DNA of 64,000 bases. Source: an uncultured Acidobacteriota bacterium (GTDB lineage: Bacteria; Acidobacteriota; UBA6911). A model generated the notes under the pieces. That model did not search any database and was not told the DNA's origin. It worked only from the letters and a program-made list of their open reading frames with translations. Position 1 is the first letter of the stretch. Each line of letters begins with the position of its first letter. The DNA lies in the NCBI GenBank assembly GCA_963827655.1, contig CAWHCF010000029.1:96001-160000 (forward strand), given 5' to 3'. Of this stretch, positions 61,821 to 64,000 are shown in pieces. A program made the translations under genes and the position numbers.

Positions 61821-62082
61821 GTCCTTCGTGCCGGGCATTCAGCCTTGGTTGACGCAGCGGGTTTGCTGTAAGGTCCAAACTGCCAGGCTTGCTTCACCAG
61901 ACTGCACGACGCCGAGTCCGAAGTCCGACGGACCGGCATTCTGACGTGGCGCCCTTCGCCACTCACGGTTGTGAACCCAAATTGTCGAAAACAACCGGCA
62001 GTCGGACTTGATTCGTCATCCACCGAGGCTACGAAGAACGACTTGGAAGCGGCGCGGTCCGGTTTCAGGTGCGCCCTAAGGC

Positions 62083-63036
62083 TCAAACCCGTGTAACAAG
62101 GCCCATGTGGCGAAATTTCTGGTATCGATGCTCGCGCAGCTCGGACCCGGATTGGCTTAAAAGCGATTCCAGTCTCGGCCAGAGGCAGGAGTCCAGCATT
62201 TCGGCGGCGGTCTTGAAATCGGAATGAGCGCCATCCGGAGGCTCGGGCACGATCTCGTCGATGATTCCCAGGGCTTTGAGATCCTGGGCAGTCAATTTCA
62301 GCGCCTCGGCGGCGGCTTCGATGTGATCCTGGTCTTTCCAAAGGATCGCGGAGCAGCCCTCGGGTGTAATGACGGTGTAAACAGCATTCTCCATCATCAG
62401 CACACAGTTGCCGATACCGATTCCCAGGGCGCCGCCACTCCCTCCCTCGCCGATAATGCAGACAATCACGGGGACCTCCAGCCGTGCCATTTCTCGAAGG
62501 TTGTACGCGATGGCTTCAGCCTGACCCCTTTCTTCGGCTCCCACGCTTGGATAGGCTCCCGGCGTATCCAGGAACGTAATGATCGGCCGTGAGAATTTAT
62601 CGGCCAGCTTCATGGCACGAAGAGCCTTGCGATAACCTTCGGGCTGAGCGTAGCCGAAGTTGCGGTACTGGCGCTGCTTGATGTCCCGGCCCTTCTGGTG
62701 CCCGACCACCAGGACAGCCTGTCCGTGATAGCGCGCCATTCCTGTCACGATTGCCGGATCATCACCAAACCGCCGGTCCCCATGGATTTCTGAAAATCCC
62801 TGGAAGATGCGCTCAACGTAGTCCAGCGTATAGGGACGGTGCTCGTGACGAGCCACGAGAGTGCGCTCCCAGGCGCTGTTGGATTGGCGCCCTTCATCCC
62901 GAAGGCGCTGGACTTCGGCCCGCAATCTCTCTATTTCCTGTTGCTGATGAGTTTTGTTGGTTGCGAGGGCGTGGTTTGCCTTCGTTTCCTCGGCGGAAGC
63001 CGTCTGGTTTCCCTGGGGTGTTTTCTGGTCGTCCAC
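62083..63036 (-). CDS. accA: Acetyl-CoA carboxylase carboxyltransferase alpha subunit
   Basis: HGDRRFGDD, PEGYRKA, DTPGAYP, GEGGSGGALG. Confidence 0.97.
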   Translation of the reverse strand: MDDQKTPQGNQTASAEETKANHALATNKTHQQQEIERLRAEVQRLRDEGRQSNSAWERTLVARHEHRPYTLDYVERIFQGFSEIHGDRRFGDDPAIVTGMARYHGQAVLVVGHQKGRDIKQRQYRNFGYAQPEGYRKALRAMKLADKFSRPIITFLDTPGAYPSVGAEERGQAEAIAYNLREMARLEVPVIVCIIGEGGSGGALGIGIGNCVLMMENAVYTVITPEGCSAILWKDQDHIEAAAEALKLTAQDLKALGIIDEIVPEPPDGAHSDFKTAAEMLDSCLWPRLESLLSQSGSELREHRYQKFRHMGLVTRV

Positions 63037-64000
63037 TAGTTCAACAGCTGAACCGAACCGGGCCCGCAGATGTGTTCAATCTGGCGGATCAGTTCAGGGC
63101 TCGATTTTACTTTCACGAAATCGGACGAATTGATGGTAACACGGATATTTTGAGGATGGTATAGCTCGAGTTCCACGCCGGTTTCGCCGCGGTTTCCTTC
63201 AAATAGACGATGGAGCTGTTCAGCCGACTCCGGACCCAGGCGGGCAACCGCGGCCCGGATGCAGAGGGCTCTGGCATTGCGCTCCGTTATTCCGGAGAGG
63301 GGTTGGATTTCGGAGGATACTATCTTGAAGCTGCTCTCACTCTCCGCCTCGAATCTCCCTGCGACCAGAATCGGCGTGTCTGGCGCCAGCAACGATTCCA
63401 CTCTGGCATGCAGGCTCGGGAATACAACCGTCTCCACGGCGCCGGTCAGGTCTTCGAGTTTGAACACGGCCATGAGCTCGCCTTTCTTTGTGCGGCGCGT
63501 GCGGCACTCGGTGACGAGGCCGGCCACTTTACAGTCGGTGTTATTGCCGTTCGTGATGAGCTCGGCCAGGGTCTTCGTGGTGAACCTTGCAAGTTCCGCG
63601 GCAAACCGGTTCAACGGATGCCCCGAAATGTAGTAGCCCAGGGTCTCCTTCTCAAATGCGAGTAGTTGATCGAAGGGCCACTCGGGAGTGTCCGGGGGCG
63701 AAGGTTCCGGAATCGCTCCGGCTCCCTGAAAAAAATCGGTGAAGAGGCCGCGTTGCCCGCTGTCGCGGTCTCTCTGGAGCTTCTGCCCATGCTCGATGGC
63801 CGCATCCGACACCGCCATGAGCTGGGACCGCTTCCAGCCCAGCGAGTCCAGCGCGCCGCACCTTATCAGACTCTCCAGCACGCGCTTGTTCACCGCGCGG
63901 GCGTCGACTTCCTCGCAGAAATGGAAGAGGCTGCGAAAGCGGCCTTTTCCCCGTCGTGAACCGAGCATGGAATCTATTGCGCCTTCCCCAACGTTGCGAA
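63036..64000 (-). CDS. dnaE: DNA polymerase III alpha subunit, C-terminal part (runs off the window)
   Basis: VNKRVLESLIRCGALD, FEKETLGYYISGHPL, OB fold TKKGELMAVFKLEDLTG; upstream of accA. Confidence 0.96.
   Translation of the reverse strand, partial: RNVGEGAIDSMLGSRRGKGRFRSLFHFCEEVDARAVNKRVLESLIRCGALDSLGWKRSQLMAVSDAAIEHGQKLQRDRDSGQRGLFTDFFQGAGAIPEPSPPDTPEWPFDQLLAFEKETLGYYISGHPLNRFAAELARFTTKTLAELITNGNNTDCKVAGLVTECRTRRTKKGELMAVFKLEDLTGAVETVVFPSLHARVESLLAPDTPILVAGRFEAESESSFKIVSSEIQPLSGITERNARALCIRAAVARLGPESAEQLHRLFEGNRGETGVELELYHPQNIRVTINSSDFVKVKSSPELIRQIEHICGPGSVQLLN

Overview
GC-rich bacterial chromosome segment made up mostly of housekeeping genes. The gene content and order resemble Acidobacteriota (inference). 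In order: dnaK-hsp20-dnaJ-hspR heat-shock operon; rodZ; a two-gene bacterial-microcompartment satellite (BMC-H shell + acylating aldehyde dehydrogenase); a Lol-like lipoprotein/ABC cluster; mlaE/F/D-pgsA; aroC-def-fmt-rsmB-rpe-bamD-valS-birA-ftsY; amidase; lytic transglycosylase; alaS-recX-ilvE; carbonic anhydrase-leuB-fabG-radC; hemW; ltaE; meaB-mce-mtnP-pfkB-TPR; trxB; lpxL; a stand-alone Clp D2 ATPase; hisS-mutL; accA; partial dnaE. I saw no rRNA, tRNA, CRISPR or prophage. The intergenic DNA carries several repeat families: a TWA-duplicating MITE with about 30-bp TIRs (3 clear and 2 degenerate copies), REP/REPIN-like palindromes, GAAG-rich short-period repeats, and a four-helix-bundle gene enclosed by inverted hexamer arrays. 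Four genes (valS, amidase, trxB, four-helix bundle) are frameshifted, most simply through assembly indels, although the valS break resembles a prfB-like +1 shifty stop. The best novelty candidates are that valS junction, a small promoter-hairpin-terminator RNA upstream of trxB, the MITE and the BMC satellite. None is proven to be a new system from sequence alone.
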